64,000 nucleotides of DNA from Planctomycetota bacterium (GTDB taxonomy: Bacteria; Planctomycetota; UBA8742; UBA2392): contig JAHBYA010000001.1 in assembly GCA_019636195.1 (NCBI GenBank), positions 98,642 through 162,641 of the forward strand, given 5' to 3'. Under the pieces are notes generated by a model. The model saw only the letters and a program-made list of their open reading frames with translations, was not told the origin of the DNA and ran no database searches. A program made the position numbers and the translations under genes. Positions 53,086 to 62,191 of this stretch are shown piece after piece (the first letter of the stretch is position 1; each line of letters begins with the position of its first letter).

Positions 53086-53782
53086 GGTATGCCCAGTACC
53101 CCAGCTCGCCCGCGTGTATGTCGTACAGCGCATGGGCAAGGATTGGAACCCACAGACTTCCGCTGGCCCAGTACAGGCCAAAGAACACGCCGCCCAGCAC
53201 CGTGGTCAGCACGATGCCCCGCAGACCCTGATAGATGTGCGCGAACCCGAACAGCGCCGAGCTTGCCAATGCAGCGGCCCAAACCGGCACAAAGTGCAAC
53301 AGCAACCCGAAGACATAGCCTCGATACAGCAACTCTTCGCCCCAGCCGGCGTGCAGCGAAACAAGCCACCATCGACGCCGCTGGCTGGGCGTGCGCGGCA
53401 GAATCCACTCGACGCGCGACAACGCGGTACGGACTTTCTCGCCGCCCGTCGGGTCGGCGCGCAACTGTCGCTGCTGCAGCGCGATCACAAGACAAAGCCC
53501 GCCAAGCAGCGCCGCCCCATACCACAACCCGTTTCCCTGCGGCGGCTCGAGGCCGAAGTCTCGCGGTGCATAGCCGCGCAGCAGCAGGTGCAGGCCGGCA
53601 CCGGCAAACAGCCACTGCGTAAACATGGCTTCCACGTACAGGGCAGGCCGGCGCTGCTCGAGTTCAGGTCGCGGCAGCGCCAGCAATCGCGGCAACGTCA
53701 CAAACAGTGTGAAGAACGGCAGCCCCACTGTCAGTGCCACGACCAGCAGAGCGTCCCAGGCGCGGGGTTCAATCGGCGTCAT
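53060..53782 (-). CDS. CPBP-family intramembrane glutamic endopeptidase (CAAX protease / Abi-like)
   Basis: Conserved EELLYRG, FGFAH and H motifs in a polytopic membrane protein. Confidence 0.7.
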   Translation of the reverse strand: MTPIEPRAWDALLVVALTVGLPFFTLFVTLPRLLALPRPELEQRRPALYVEAMFTQWLFAGAGLHLLLRGYAPRDFGLEPPQGNGLWYGAALLGGLCLVIALQQRQLRADPTGGEKVRTALSRVEWILPRTPSQRRRWWLVSLHAGWGEELLYRGYVFGLLLHFVPVWAAALASSALFGFAHIYQGLRGIVLTTVLGGVFFGLYWASGSLWVPILAHALYDIHAGELGYWAYRERRSDNS

Positions 53783-55433
53783 CGTCAGTCACCGGGCCCG
53801 TCGCCTGGTAGCGCTGGCGCAGGCCGCCCGCATAGCGGCACCACGAGTAGTCACGGAGCAGCACGCCAAACACCCGTGCGGCATCGGCCTCGCTTCCTGC
53901 CAGCTCGTGGCTTCGGCCAATCCAGTAGATCGCGTCGTCGCACATGCTGCATTGCCCCTGGTAGTCACGCTCGAGACTGACCAGCAACTCCCGCCCCTGT
54001 TGATGATCTCCCAGCAGGATCAGCCCCTTGCCGACACGAAACATCGCATTGGGTGCCAGCAAGTGGCTGGGATTGGCCTTCAGCCAGTCGCGGTAGCGCT
54101 GAAGACCGCGCTTGAGCCATTCGTCGCCTTCACCACGATTGATCGCCGCCAGCTCTTCATCCTGAATTCGCATGTACTCGTCGCCCGGTTTGCCGAGCGT
54201 GCGCTGCAAACGCTTGCGGGCATAGTCATTGGCTGCTTCAAGCGCCCGGTCCGTGCTAAGTCCGGAAGTGCGCGCCAGCAGGTCTTCCCACGCCTGGCCT
54301 TCCAGCAGCCCCGCGCAGAACGCCTTGACGTTGCCTGCCTTCAAGTTCTCCAGCCATTCAAAAGCCAGTGCGGCTTCGGCGTAGTCGGCGCTCGTGTCAT
54401 CCCGTTCGACGCCGCGCAACGCACCCAACGGGGCGTGGCCTCCGAACACCTGGTCGGTCACGACTGCAGACAGTCGCCCCTCAAGCTGGCCGGCGCCGTA
54501 CACCGCAAGGCCTTCCTTGAGCCATGTAGGCAGGCCCGTGTAGGCTTCGCCCATTGCGGCGCGAAACGCAGCGTGCTTGGCTTCATGGATTACGCGCAGC
54601 CGGAACTCAGGCTCGGACAGAACCACGAACTCGGTGTAAAACTCGATGCACGCCTTCAGTTGGTAGCCGTAGCTCATCGTCGATGTGCTGGCGCGCACCG
54701 TCATGTACGATTCGCCGGCGTCCCTGAACACGATAACCGCCGTTGGCTGCGGCAGCTCCACGCCCAGCGCAACCTTCAGCGCGGGCATCGCTTCGCGCAA
54801 GTACCCCGGCAATCTGGCAAGGGCGCCTTTGAAGCGTGTGTCTTCGGCGTACTTGCCCGCGTAGTTCCGCGAGATGCTGTGAGCGTCAGTATCAGCCTCG
54901 GGTTGCAGCAGCTTCAACAGGTCGATGGCGCGCTCGCGCTCGGGACTGGAACCCTCAGCCATCTCCAGCAGCATGGACTCAGCATCCTTGCACTTCCCGG
55001 ATAGCAGCAGGCACTCGGCAATCATGGTCCGCCAGTACTCGAACTGAACGGCCTCGGGATACAGCTTGCGATTGGTTGTGCACTGTTCGATGCACTCACC
55101 AAGCAGGCCCGCGTCGCGAAGTGCCTGCGCGAGTGCGGTGTGCATCTGCTCAAGCGCCTCGTGCTGCGGGTGATTCTTCAGGGCCAGGTTCAGCAGGCGC
55201 ACACTCGTGCGTGGCCGTCGCAGCTCGCGGGCGGCTGTGTCCGCACGCAGCGCAATGTCGGGCGTAAGCTCATCTCCCGGGCGTTTCTCAACGTATGCGA
55301 CAGCACCTGCCAGCAGCGCCGACCAGTCGCTCTTTTTGTGGGCATTGCGGATCGCCTCGTACTCTGCCCGTTCGCCTGCATAAAGGGGAAGCATGGCAAG
55401 ACACAGCATCGCGGTCAGCAGACACCGGCTCAT
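53769..55433 (-). CDS. Secreted TPR-repeat protein with an internal HExxH (HEAKH…EG) putative zincin-like motif
   Basis: Signal peptide, TPR-like helical repeats, and VIHEAKHAAF…WLKEGLAVY in the centre. 554 aa. Confidence 0.5.
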   Translation of the reverse strand: MSRCLLTAMLCLAMLPLYAGERAEYEAIRNAHKKSDWSALLAGAVAYVEKRPGDELTPDIALRADTAARELRRPRTSVRLLNLALKNHPQHEALEQMHTALAQALRDAGLLGECIEQCTTNRKLYPEAVQFEYWRTMIAECLLLSGKCKDAESMLLEMAEGSSPERERAIDLLKLLQPEADTDAHSISRNYAGKYAEDTRFKGALARLPGYLREAMPALKVALGVELPQPTAVIVFRDAGESYMTVRASTSTMSYGYQLKACIEFYTEFVVLSEPEFRLRVIHEAKHAAFRAAMGEAYTGLPTWLKEGLAVYGAGQLEGRLSAVVTDQVFGGHAPLGALRGVERDDTSADYAEAALAFEWLENLKAGNVKAFCAGLLEGQAWEDLLARTSGLSTDRALEAANDYARKRLQRTLGKPGDEYMRIQDEELAAINRGEGDEWLKRGLQRYRDWLKANPSHLLAPNAMFRVGKGLILLGDHQQGRELLVSLERDYQGQCSMCDDAIYWIGRSHELAGSEADAARVFGVLLRDYSWCRYAGGLRQRYQATGPVTDDDAD

Positions 55434-56491
55434 GAATTCTCTCCTGCCCTTATCCGGCTGGCCAGTTCTCGCTCGCCGGCCAGCTCAAGGGCTTGGACGT
55501 ACAACTCGCGGGTCCGGGTCCAGTCATAGTCCCAGTAGTTGCCGAAAACCTCGGGCTTGAAGTCCGCAAACGGACGCGCCTGGCTGCTGACCAGGGCGTA
55601 TGTCTGCCAAAGCGTCGATACATCCTTCACGCACTGCCGTGCCATCGTTGCGTCATTCGCGCCCGCAGCCGCAAGTGCTGCGACTCGTCGCAACTGCCAG
55701 GGCACATGCTTGCGCCAGCGCGCCCACGGCCCGCAATGGCTGATCACCGAACCGGCATCCACTTCGAGCGCAGAAAGTATGGCGCAAGTTTCAGCCAATG
55801 CGGCATGCGCGCCCGCCATCGCCTGCAACTCCGCCATGGTCACGAGCGCCGATGTGTACGCGCGGTTAGTGTGAACGCGCTGGGCGGTTGCGAACGCCTG
55901 CAACTGGGCACTGATCTCGGTGGTCTTTTCAGCCAGCGTAGCTGCCATGAACTCAACAGTTTCGTTGGATGGATGGCCCCGAATCGGGTGAGTCAACGGC
56001 AGGTGCGTTGCATCGCCAGTCGCCCCAAACAACTCCGCCGGCAGGTCATGCCAGTGCAGCGCGAGCGTTGCAGTTTCCGGGTAGGCGCGAAAGCCGCGCA
56101 CCAAGGACAAAGGAAACTCGACCCGCCACTTGCCCAGCACGTGCTCGTGGGGAAGGCGCCGTGCGGCAACGCTGTGCGAACTTGACACGTCAACGCTAGC
56201 GCCAGCCCCGATCGGCACCTGCCAGCGGTGGCGGCCATCGGCCTTCTCCGGCTGTGCGTCGATGCCCTGGATGCGCAATTGCGCCCCCAGCTCCGCGGGT
56301 AGAGTCAACACGGCAATCGTGTCGCGCTTGCCGGCCTTGAGCCTGAACAGACTGGAGTACTCCGCGCTGATTGCCGTCTTCGCGGGCCGGACCGTGATTT
56401 CCGCGCGGATCTCGACCAACTCAACGTCGCCGCTTTGCACAGCCAAAGCGTGCAGCGGCGCAGCCAGTATGAGCAGCAGCAACAGTCGCAT
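55430..56491 (-). CDS. Hypothetical secreted protein (353 aa), operonic with the TPR/HExxH protein (4-nt overlap)
   Basis: Signal peptide MRLLLLLILAAPLHALA; no recognised domains. Confidence 0.45.
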   Translation of the reverse strand: MRLLLLLILAAPLHALAVQSGDVELVEIRAEITVRPAKTAISAEYSSLFRLKAGKRDTIAVLTLPAELGAQLRIQGIDAQPEKADGRHRWQVPIGAGASVDVSSSHSVAARRLPHEHVLGKWRVEFPLSLVRGFRAYPETATLALHWHDLPAELFGATGDATHLPLTHPIRGHPSNETVEFMAATLAEKTTEISAQLQAFATAQRVHTNRAYTSALVTMAELQAMAGAHAALAETCAILSALEVDAGSVISHCGPWARWRKHVPWQLRRVAALAAAGANDATMARQCVKDVSTLWQTYALVSSQARPFADFKPEVFGNYWDYDWTRTRELYVQALELAGERELASRIRAGENS

Positions 56492-56559
56492 GCCGGCAGC
56501 TTAGCGGGTTAAATGAACCGGGGACAGGCTTGGCGCCTGTCCCCTAGCGTTTGCCGTGC

Positions 56560-59442
56560 CTACTTTGAGGTGGTGAAGATCGCCTCAAAAATCAGCGGCA
56601 GCAGGCCGTTGCCATCGTTGACCAGCATGATCAAGGCAACGGTCGCGACCGCTACCATGCTCATCAGCTTGATCAGGATGTTCAGCGACGGGCCGCTGGT
56701 GTCCTTGAACGGGTCGCCCACTGTGTCGCCCACCACGGTAGCCTTGTGTTCGGGGCTGCCCTTGACGTACTTCTTGTACTTCTTCTTGGGGGCTGCCGGA
56801 GCGGCTGGCGCCGATGCCGTCGGTGCCGGTTCCGCGGGCTTTGCGGGTTCTGGCTGCGGCTGGGCGGTTGCCGGCTCTTCAACCTTGGCTTCGGGCTCTG
56901 TCTCGGCTGACGATTCTGCGCCCTCTGCTTCGTCCGAGCTCTCGCCACCTTCGTCTGCGCCGGAGTCGTCCTGGGCGCCTTCATCGCCCCCCGCGTCCGC
57001 GGAATCATCGCCGTCAGCCTTCTTCTTGCGGCGCGACGAGGTCTTGCCGCCCTTGGGCTTCTTCTTGCCCTTGTCGTCAACACCGCCCTGGCTGGCCTTC
57101 ACCGGCTCAAGGGCCTTGTCCTCGATTTCAGGGTTGTACTTGCCCTCGGCAATGTAAGCCTCGGCCAGGCCGCCTTTTTCGACCCACTTCTTGGCGTTGT
57201 CCCATGAGCCGCCGGCGTTGGCCATCATGACCGCCATGGCAAAGCCCGCGGCAAGTCCGCCCGCCAACAGCCCAAACACCGCCCCCGCACCGAACAGCAC
57301 GCCGGTAATGATGGGACCAGCTACGGCGATCAGCGAAGGGACCAGCATCTTGCGAATGGCCGCGGTGGTCGAGATGTCCACGCAGCGCGCATAATCGGGC
57401 TTGCCTGTGCCTTCCATGATGCCCGGGATCTCCCGGAACTGACGGCGCACTTCCTCGACCATGTCTTTGGCGGCGTCGCCCACGGCCTTCATAGTCAACG
57501 CGCCGAACACGAACACCAGCATCGCGCCGATGAACAAGCCGATGATCGCCTGCGGGCTGGTCAACATGACTGCGGCCGCGTCAAACGAAATGCCTTTGGT
57601 CGGGTCCGTCTTGAATGAATCCGCTACAAGCGACTTGATTGAGTCCGCGTAACTGGCAATCAAGGCCAGCGCCGTGAGGGCCGCGCTGCCGATGGCAAAG
57701 CCCTTGCCGATGGCGGCCGTGGTGTTGCCCAAGCTGTCCAGGGCATCGGTCTTTTCGCGTACCTCGGGCGGCAGACCCGCCATTTCGGCGTTGCCGCCTG
57801 CGTTGTCTGCAATCGGGCCGTAGGCGTCGGTCGCCAGCGTGATGCCCAGCGTGCTGAGCATGCCGACTGCCGCCAGCGCCACTGCATAAAGGCCGGCTGC
57901 AGGCGCCGCAAAACCGCCACCGAAGCCGAATGCCAGCAATGTGGCCACGGCAACGGTCATGATCGGGATCCAGGTGCTCATCATGCCCACGGCCAAACCG
58001 CCGATGATCACCGTCGCCGGGCCGGTTGCCGACTGCTTGGCCACGTCCTGCGTCGGCTTGTAATCGTAAGCCGTGAAACGCTCGCTGCCCCAGGCGATTA
58101 CCAGACCTGCGCCAAGCCCAACCAGCACCGCGAGCCACATCAAGACACCCATCAGGATCGGGAATGCCAGAAGGCAGATCGGCAGGGCAACTACTGCCAC
58201 ACCTATGCTGGCTGCGTTCACACCCTTGTGCAGGGCATGCAGCAGCTCGCCCAACGTCGCGCCTTCCTTTGTCTTGACGAACTTGGTGCTAACCACCGAC
58301 AAGCCGATGCCGCACGCGGCAATGGCGACGGCGGCGAACACAAAACCAAACGGGTTGCGCCCGAGGCTGGTTGCGGCAGTGTACGACAGCGCGATCGCAG
58401 CCAGGATGCTGCCCACATAGCTCTCGTACAGGTCGGCGCCCATACCAGCCACGTCGCCCACGTTGTCGCCGACGTTGTCGGCGATGGTGGCTGGGTTGCG
58501 CGGGTCGTCTTCGGGGATGCCGGCTTCTACTTTGCCCACCAGGTCGGCGCCCACGTCGGCGGCCTTGGTGAAAATGCCGCCGCCTACGCGCGCGAACAGT
58601 GCCACCAGCGACGCACCCAAGCCGAACGTGATCATGGCGTTGGCCACATCGTTAAGCGTGATCTTATCGGTGATATCGACAAAGCCAGCCATGATCAGGA
58701 ACCACACGGTCACGAACGCAAGGCCAATACCCACGACGGACAGGCCCATCACGGCCCCGGCCTTGAAGGCAACTTGCAGGCCCTCGTTCAAGCCGCTTTC
58801 CTTGCACGCCCACGCAGTGCGCGAGCTGGCCATGGTGGCGGTCTTCATGCCGAACCAGCCGGTGGCAAAGCTGCACAAGCCGCCCGATGCCAGTCCGAAC
58901 AGCACAAAGATCGAAAGCCACCAGTGCGCGCCGGCAAGATTGATGGCGGCAATCACCACGGCTGTTGCGCCCAGCACCGGCAGCACGATCTTGCGCTGGC
59001 GAATCAGGTAGGCCATGGCGCCGTCGCGGACGGCATCAGCGATTTCAACCATGCGCTCGTTGCCGGGCGCTTTGGCCTTGACGTCTTTGAAGAACTTCAT
59101 CGCGGTGAGCAGAGCCATCACAGCCGCGATCAAGCCGAGGATGATTGTGGGAACGGTGTAATACCAGTTCGACCAGAAATGGCTCTCTGTCCAGGCCTTT
59201 TCCTGCCTGACGAAGTCGCGGGGTCCGCCGCGTGCCGCGATGATCTCATGCTCGGCGCCGCTGAACCCGATAGATTGGGCCATACCATCAAGGGCCGGCT
59301 CAAGGTTGAAGAACGCTGAAGGCCCGCCATCGTGCAGCATGGCCGCGCCGCACAGCACCAGCCCGGCGGCAATCATGGCCAATGCGCTGAACAGTTTGAC
59401 GGGGGACACGGAGTGCATGCGTCCGCGCAGTGAAACGATCAT
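56560..59442 (-). CDS. hppA: Membrane-bound H+(or Na+)-translocating pyrophosphatase (V-PPase, HppA) with a ~135-aa low-complexity insertion near the C-terminus
   Basis: V-PPase motifs GGIFTKAADVGADLVGKVE, DNVGDNVGDVAGMGADL, GGSWDNAKK and GDTVGDPFKDTSGPSLNILIKLM. Total length 960 aa against ~680-770 aa for typical V-PPases. Confidence 0.85.
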   Translation of the reverse strand: MIVSLRGRMHSVSPVKLFSALAMIAAGLVLCGAAMLHDGGPSAFFNLEPALDGMAQSIGFSGAEHEIIAARGGPRDFVRQEKAWTESHFWSNWYYTVPTIILGLIAAVMALLTAMKFFKDVKAKAPGNERMVEIADAVRDGAMAYLIRQRKIVLPVLGATAVVIAAINLAGAHWWLSIFVLFGLASGGLCSFATGWFGMKTATMASSRTAWACKESGLNEGLQVAFKAGAVMGLSVVGIGLAFVTVWFLIMAGFVDITDKITLNDVANAMITFGLGASLVALFARVGGGIFTKAADVGADLVGKVEAGIPEDDPRNPATIADNVGDNVGDVAGMGADLYESYVGSILAAIALSYTAATSLGRNPFGFVFAAVAIAACGIGLSVVSTKFVKTKEGATLGELLHALHKGVNAASIGVAVVALPICLLAFPILMGVLMWLAVLVGLGAGLVIAWGSERFTAYDYKPTQDVAKQSATGPATVIIGGLAVGMMSTWIPIMTVAVATLLAFGFGGGFAAPAAGLYAVALAAVGMLSTLGITLATDAYGPIADNAGGNAEMAGLPPEVREKTDALDSLGNTTAAIGKGFAIGSAALTALALIASYADSIKSLVADSFKTDPTKGISFDAAAVMLTSPQAIIGLFIGAMLVFVFGALTMKAVGDAAKDMVEEVRRQFREIPGIMEGTGKPDYARCVDISTTAAIRKMLVPSLIAVAGPIITGVLFGAGAVFGLLAGGLAAGFAMAVMMANAGGSWDNAKKWVEKGGLAEAYIAEGKYNPEIEDKALEPVKASQGGVDDKGKKKPKGGKTSSRRKKKADGDDSADAGGDEGAQDDSGADEGGESSDEAEGAESSAETEPEAKVEEPATAQPQPEPAKPAEPAPTASAPAAPAAPKKKYKKYVKGSPEHKATVVGDTVGDPFKDTSGPSLNILIKLMSMVAVATVALIMLVNDGNGLLPLIFEAIFTTSK

Positions 59443-59452
59443 CTAACTCTCC

Positions 59453-60559
59453 CTAGTCGTGGCCGGGCAAAAGCTCCGGCGTATCCGCAAGGTTCTCGCG
59501 CGCATGGGCAAGAAAATCAGCGACACCATCGTCACCGGCCCTGCGGCGGGCGTTCTCTATACCCGCGCGCAACGCAACTTCAACACCCTCTCGGTACGCG
59601 GCACGAAAAGTTTGGGCCAGCCGGCCGCCGGCGGGAAAGTACTGCCATGAAAGCACATACGAGTTTATCAGGCTGATCTCAAGCCCCGGGCTGCGGGGCT
59701 GCATTTCAAGGGCTGGGCGCAGCACCAGCGTCATAAGGTGCGCGCGGCACCAGTGGCCCAACGTCAGCAGCTCCTGCAACTGTGAATCCAGTGCAAAGAA
59801 GTCCCGCAATTGCGCGCGCTCCAAGGCCTGGAACTCGCGCCCCAGTTCACCTTGCTGCTGCTCCGTCAGTTGCTCGAACGCCGGATCTATCAGGCGGCTG
59901 CGCGAGTCGTCATCCAGCAGCAGAACACGAAACAGCGGGATCTGCGCGCCGGTCTCGCGCAGAAAGGTTTGAAGCCGGTCCAGCTGGGCTTGCGCAAGTC
60001 CGGAAAGCATGCGTTTGAACTGCTCTTCGACAATCAGTGCCCAGCGCTCATCACTCTTGCGGTATCGCCCCAGCGCCGCTTCAAGCAGATCAGGCAAGTA
60101 GCCCGCACTGCGATTCAAGACGTAATGCCACTCATCCATCCGCAACGATGCGTCGTGCGGAAGACGGTCCTGTCCGTCGTGCAGGGTGTGCAGCCCGCGC
60201 AACACCCACTCACGCCGGGCTGCGTACTCCGGAAATGGTGCGGAAATGTTGTAGCCCTGGTTCCAGGACAGATAGCTGTACACAGCCGGGTTGCGCGGCT
60301 GTAACTGTTGGATCAGCTGGTAGGCAGCCAGCGTCTCGTAGTAGTCGCCGCGTCGGTATGAGTCGCCCGCGCGCAGCCACAGCGCGGTGGTGGCATACCC
60401 GCGAGTCGCCCCCAGCATGCGAATGCCGGCTTGGCGGGCGGCATCGGGCGCCGGGTCGCGCTCAGGCGCCGGGCAAAGGGCCGCGACAGTCAGTGCCGCA
60501 ACGATCACGATCACAAACGGGGCCAGCCGAATCATGCAAGCGTTATAGCACACAAGCAC
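59453..60559 (-). CDS. Hypothetical secreted protein (368 aa)
   Basis: N-terminal signal/anchor (IRLAPFVIVIVAALTVAAL). Helical. No known domains recognised. Confidence 0.5.
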   Translation of the reverse strand: MLVCYNACMIRLAPFVIVIVAALTVAALCPAPERDPAPDAARQAGIRMLGATRGYATTALWLRAGDSYRRGDYYETLAAYQLIQQLQPRNPAVYSYLSWNQGYNISAPFPEYAARREWVLRGLHTLHDGQDRLPHDASLRMDEWHYVLNRSAGYLPDLLEAALGRYRKSDERWALIVEEQFKRMLSGLAQAQLDRLQTFLRETGAQIPLFRVLLLDDDSRSRLIDPAFEQLTEQQQGELGREFQALERAQLRDFFALDSQLQELLTLGHWCRAHLMTLVLRPALEMQPRSPGLEISLINSYVLSWQYFPAGGRLAQTFRAAYREGVEVALRAGIENARRRAGDDGVADFLAHARENLADTPELLPGHD

Positions 60560-60602
60560 CCCGTTGCGCGCACGCAGATGGGAAGTACGTTTGCGCGGCG
60601 TT

Positions 60603-60678
60603 GGGCCCGTAGCTCAGTTGGTAGAGCGATGCGTTCGCAATGCATAGGTCAGGGGTTCGAATCCCCTCGGGTCCACCA
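60603..60678 (+). tRNA. tRNA-Ala (anticodon CGC), 76 nt, with the G3:U70 identity pair and encoded CCA
   Basis: GGGCCCG acceptor stem, D arm GCTC-AGTTGGTA-GAGC, anticodon loop TTCGCAA, T arm AGGGG-TTCGAAT-CCCCT, then CGGGTCC-A-CCA. Confidence 0.9.
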
Positions 60679-60887
60679 CGAGCAAGCTTGCGGTCGCGTT
60701 TGAACTCCGGTTCGCGCGACCGCTTCGTTTACGCCCGGCGTCGCCCGCCTGCGGGCGGGCTTTGGCCGGGCTACTGCGCGGTCAAAACAGTCCGCAGGAC
60801 TGTTTTGAGGTTCGAATCCCCTCGGGTCCGCCACGAGCAAGCTTGCGGTCGCGTTTGAACTCCGTTTCGTGCGACCGCTTCGTTTCC
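60679..60887 (+). repeat. tRNA-Ala-associated composite element: a 52-nt direct repeat (60679-60730), a ~103-nt structured element ending in a 23-nt copy of the tRNA-Ala 3' end (GGTTCGAATCCCCTCGGGTCCgCCA, 60731-60833), then a second copy of the 52-nt direct repeat (60834-60887)
   Basis: Direct repeats CGAGCAAGCTTGCGGTCGCGTTTGAACTCCGgTTCGcGCGACCGCTTCGTTT occur twice. The internal element is homologous to 42635-42762 (minus strand). Confidence 0.55.
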
Positions 60888-60966
60888 CGGGTCAGGCCCA
60901 ATACTCGAAACTTAATAGCTGAAGAAATGATCCTCCGCATGCCGATTCCTTGCCCGGAGGTGTGCC

Positions 60967-61452
60967 ATGCCATTGCCGCGCAATCTTCGCCTGAACAACG
61001 ATGTTCGGTCACGTCTCGGCGGCCAATTGCTGCGCCTTGCGCACCGCTATGACCGGGCCTTGTCCGAGCGCCTTGCCCGCTGGCACCTTGCCCCCACCCA
61101 TTATGAGCTGTTGAAACTACTTTACGCCGCGCCGGACTACTCACTGACGCACAGCCAGGTCGCACAGGCCATGGGCATCACTTTGCCAAGCGTGACTCTG
61201 GCAGCGCGGAAACTTGGCGCCTTGCGGTTGGTAGGTGCCCAGCGGGGCAGTGACCGCCGTTGCCGTGTGCTGACGCTGACTGTAAAGGGCGCAGAGATGC
61301 TCGGGCAGCTTTACGACGCCCACGAGTACTTCTCAGAGGCCCTGTTCAGCAGTATCCCGGACCCAGGCACAGCACAGCTCGACAGGGCAATCCAGCGACT
61401 GCTTGCACGCCTAACTGAACTGGAAGAACTCAAGGTTTCTGCGGCAGCTTAG
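60967..61452 (+). CDS. MarR-family transcriptional regulator
   Basis: Winged-HTH region (LTHSQVAQAMGITLPSVTLAARKLGALRLV); 161 aa. Confidence 0.7.
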   Translation: MPLPRNLRLNNDVRSRLGGQLLRLAHRYDRALSERLARWHLAPTHYELLKLLYAAPDYSLTHSQVAQAMGITLPSVTLAARKLGALRLVGAQRGSDRRCRVLTLTVKGAEMLGQLYDAHEYFSEALFSSIPDPGTAQLDRAIQRLLARLTELEELKVSAAA

Positions 61453-61573
61453 GATCGACGCTGGTCGGGGTGCGACGTTTCTCAATCGACTTCAGGCCTC
61501 CGAAATCTGAAGTGCTCATTGATGTGGGCGCGCATTGCTGTGAAATGTTGGCTGTGTCCTGCTTCGACGCAAG

Positions 61574-62191
61574 GTGGCAATGCAACGGCCTGACGGCACA
61601 GCCATGACACGCTGGCAGAAGCTCCGCAAGTGGCTGAAACGGGGCTTGATTGCCGGCGCCGCCGCAGCGCTGCTGCTTCTATCCGGCGTGGTGGTCGGGG
61701 CGGCCGCCAGCGACGCGAACGCTGACTGCATCGTGATCATGGGCGCAGCCGTGCGCCGTAACCGCACGCCCAGCGATGCCCTGCGCTATCGGCTCGAGGA
61801 GGGCCTCAGTTTGTATCAGCAGGGTCGTGCACCCTGCATCATCGTCACCGGGGGAGGCGAGGGCGACTACCTGGAGGCCGAGGTGATGGCCGAGTGGCTT
61901 AAGCAACAGGGCGTGCCGCCAACAGCCATCATCCGCGAAACGGCGGCGGCCAACACCCGCGACAGCGGCCTGCTCGTCTCAGCCATTATGCGTGAACGCG
62001 GCTTCACAACGGCGCTGGTGTGCAGCCAGTGGTTTCATGTGGCTCGCTCCCGGCTGTGCTTTGAGCAGGAGGGCATCAAGACCTATGCCGCGCCATGCGG
62101 CGGCAACACACCCGTGAAAGAGCCGCTGTTCGTACTGCGTGAGATGGCGGCGCTATCGGTGTATGCATTGCGAATAGATGAGTTGCGCTGA
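61574..62191 (+). CDS. DUF218 (YdcF/ElyC/SanA-like) domain protein with an N-terminal TM anchor
   Basis: DUF218-like CIVIMGAAV…CIIVTGGGEG…TRDSG…ALVCSQWFHVARS. Confidence 0.65.
   Translation: MAMQRPDGTAMTRWQKLRKWLKRGLIAGAAAALLLLSGVVVGAAASDANADCIVIMGAAVRRNRTPSDALRYRLEEGLSLYQQGRAPCIIVTGGGEGDYLEAEVMAEWLKQQGVPPTAIIRETAAANTRDSGLLVSAIMRERGFTTALVCSQWFHVARSRLCFEQEGIKTYAAPCGGNTPVKEPLFVLREMAALSVYALRIDELR

Noticed and set aside
53086-53181. Upstream extension of uvrC to 53181 (track start)
   Set aside because: It would overlap the CPBP protease gene by >100 nt. The extension is not UvrC-like, and an in-frame GTG at 53085 gives a normal-length UvrC.
60731-60833. The tRNA-linked elements as extra (pseudo-)tRNA or tRNA-Sec genes
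   Set aside because: They lack a 5' acceptor strand complementary to the 3' mimic, and the T-stem 5' half does not pair. They cannot fold into a cloverleaf.
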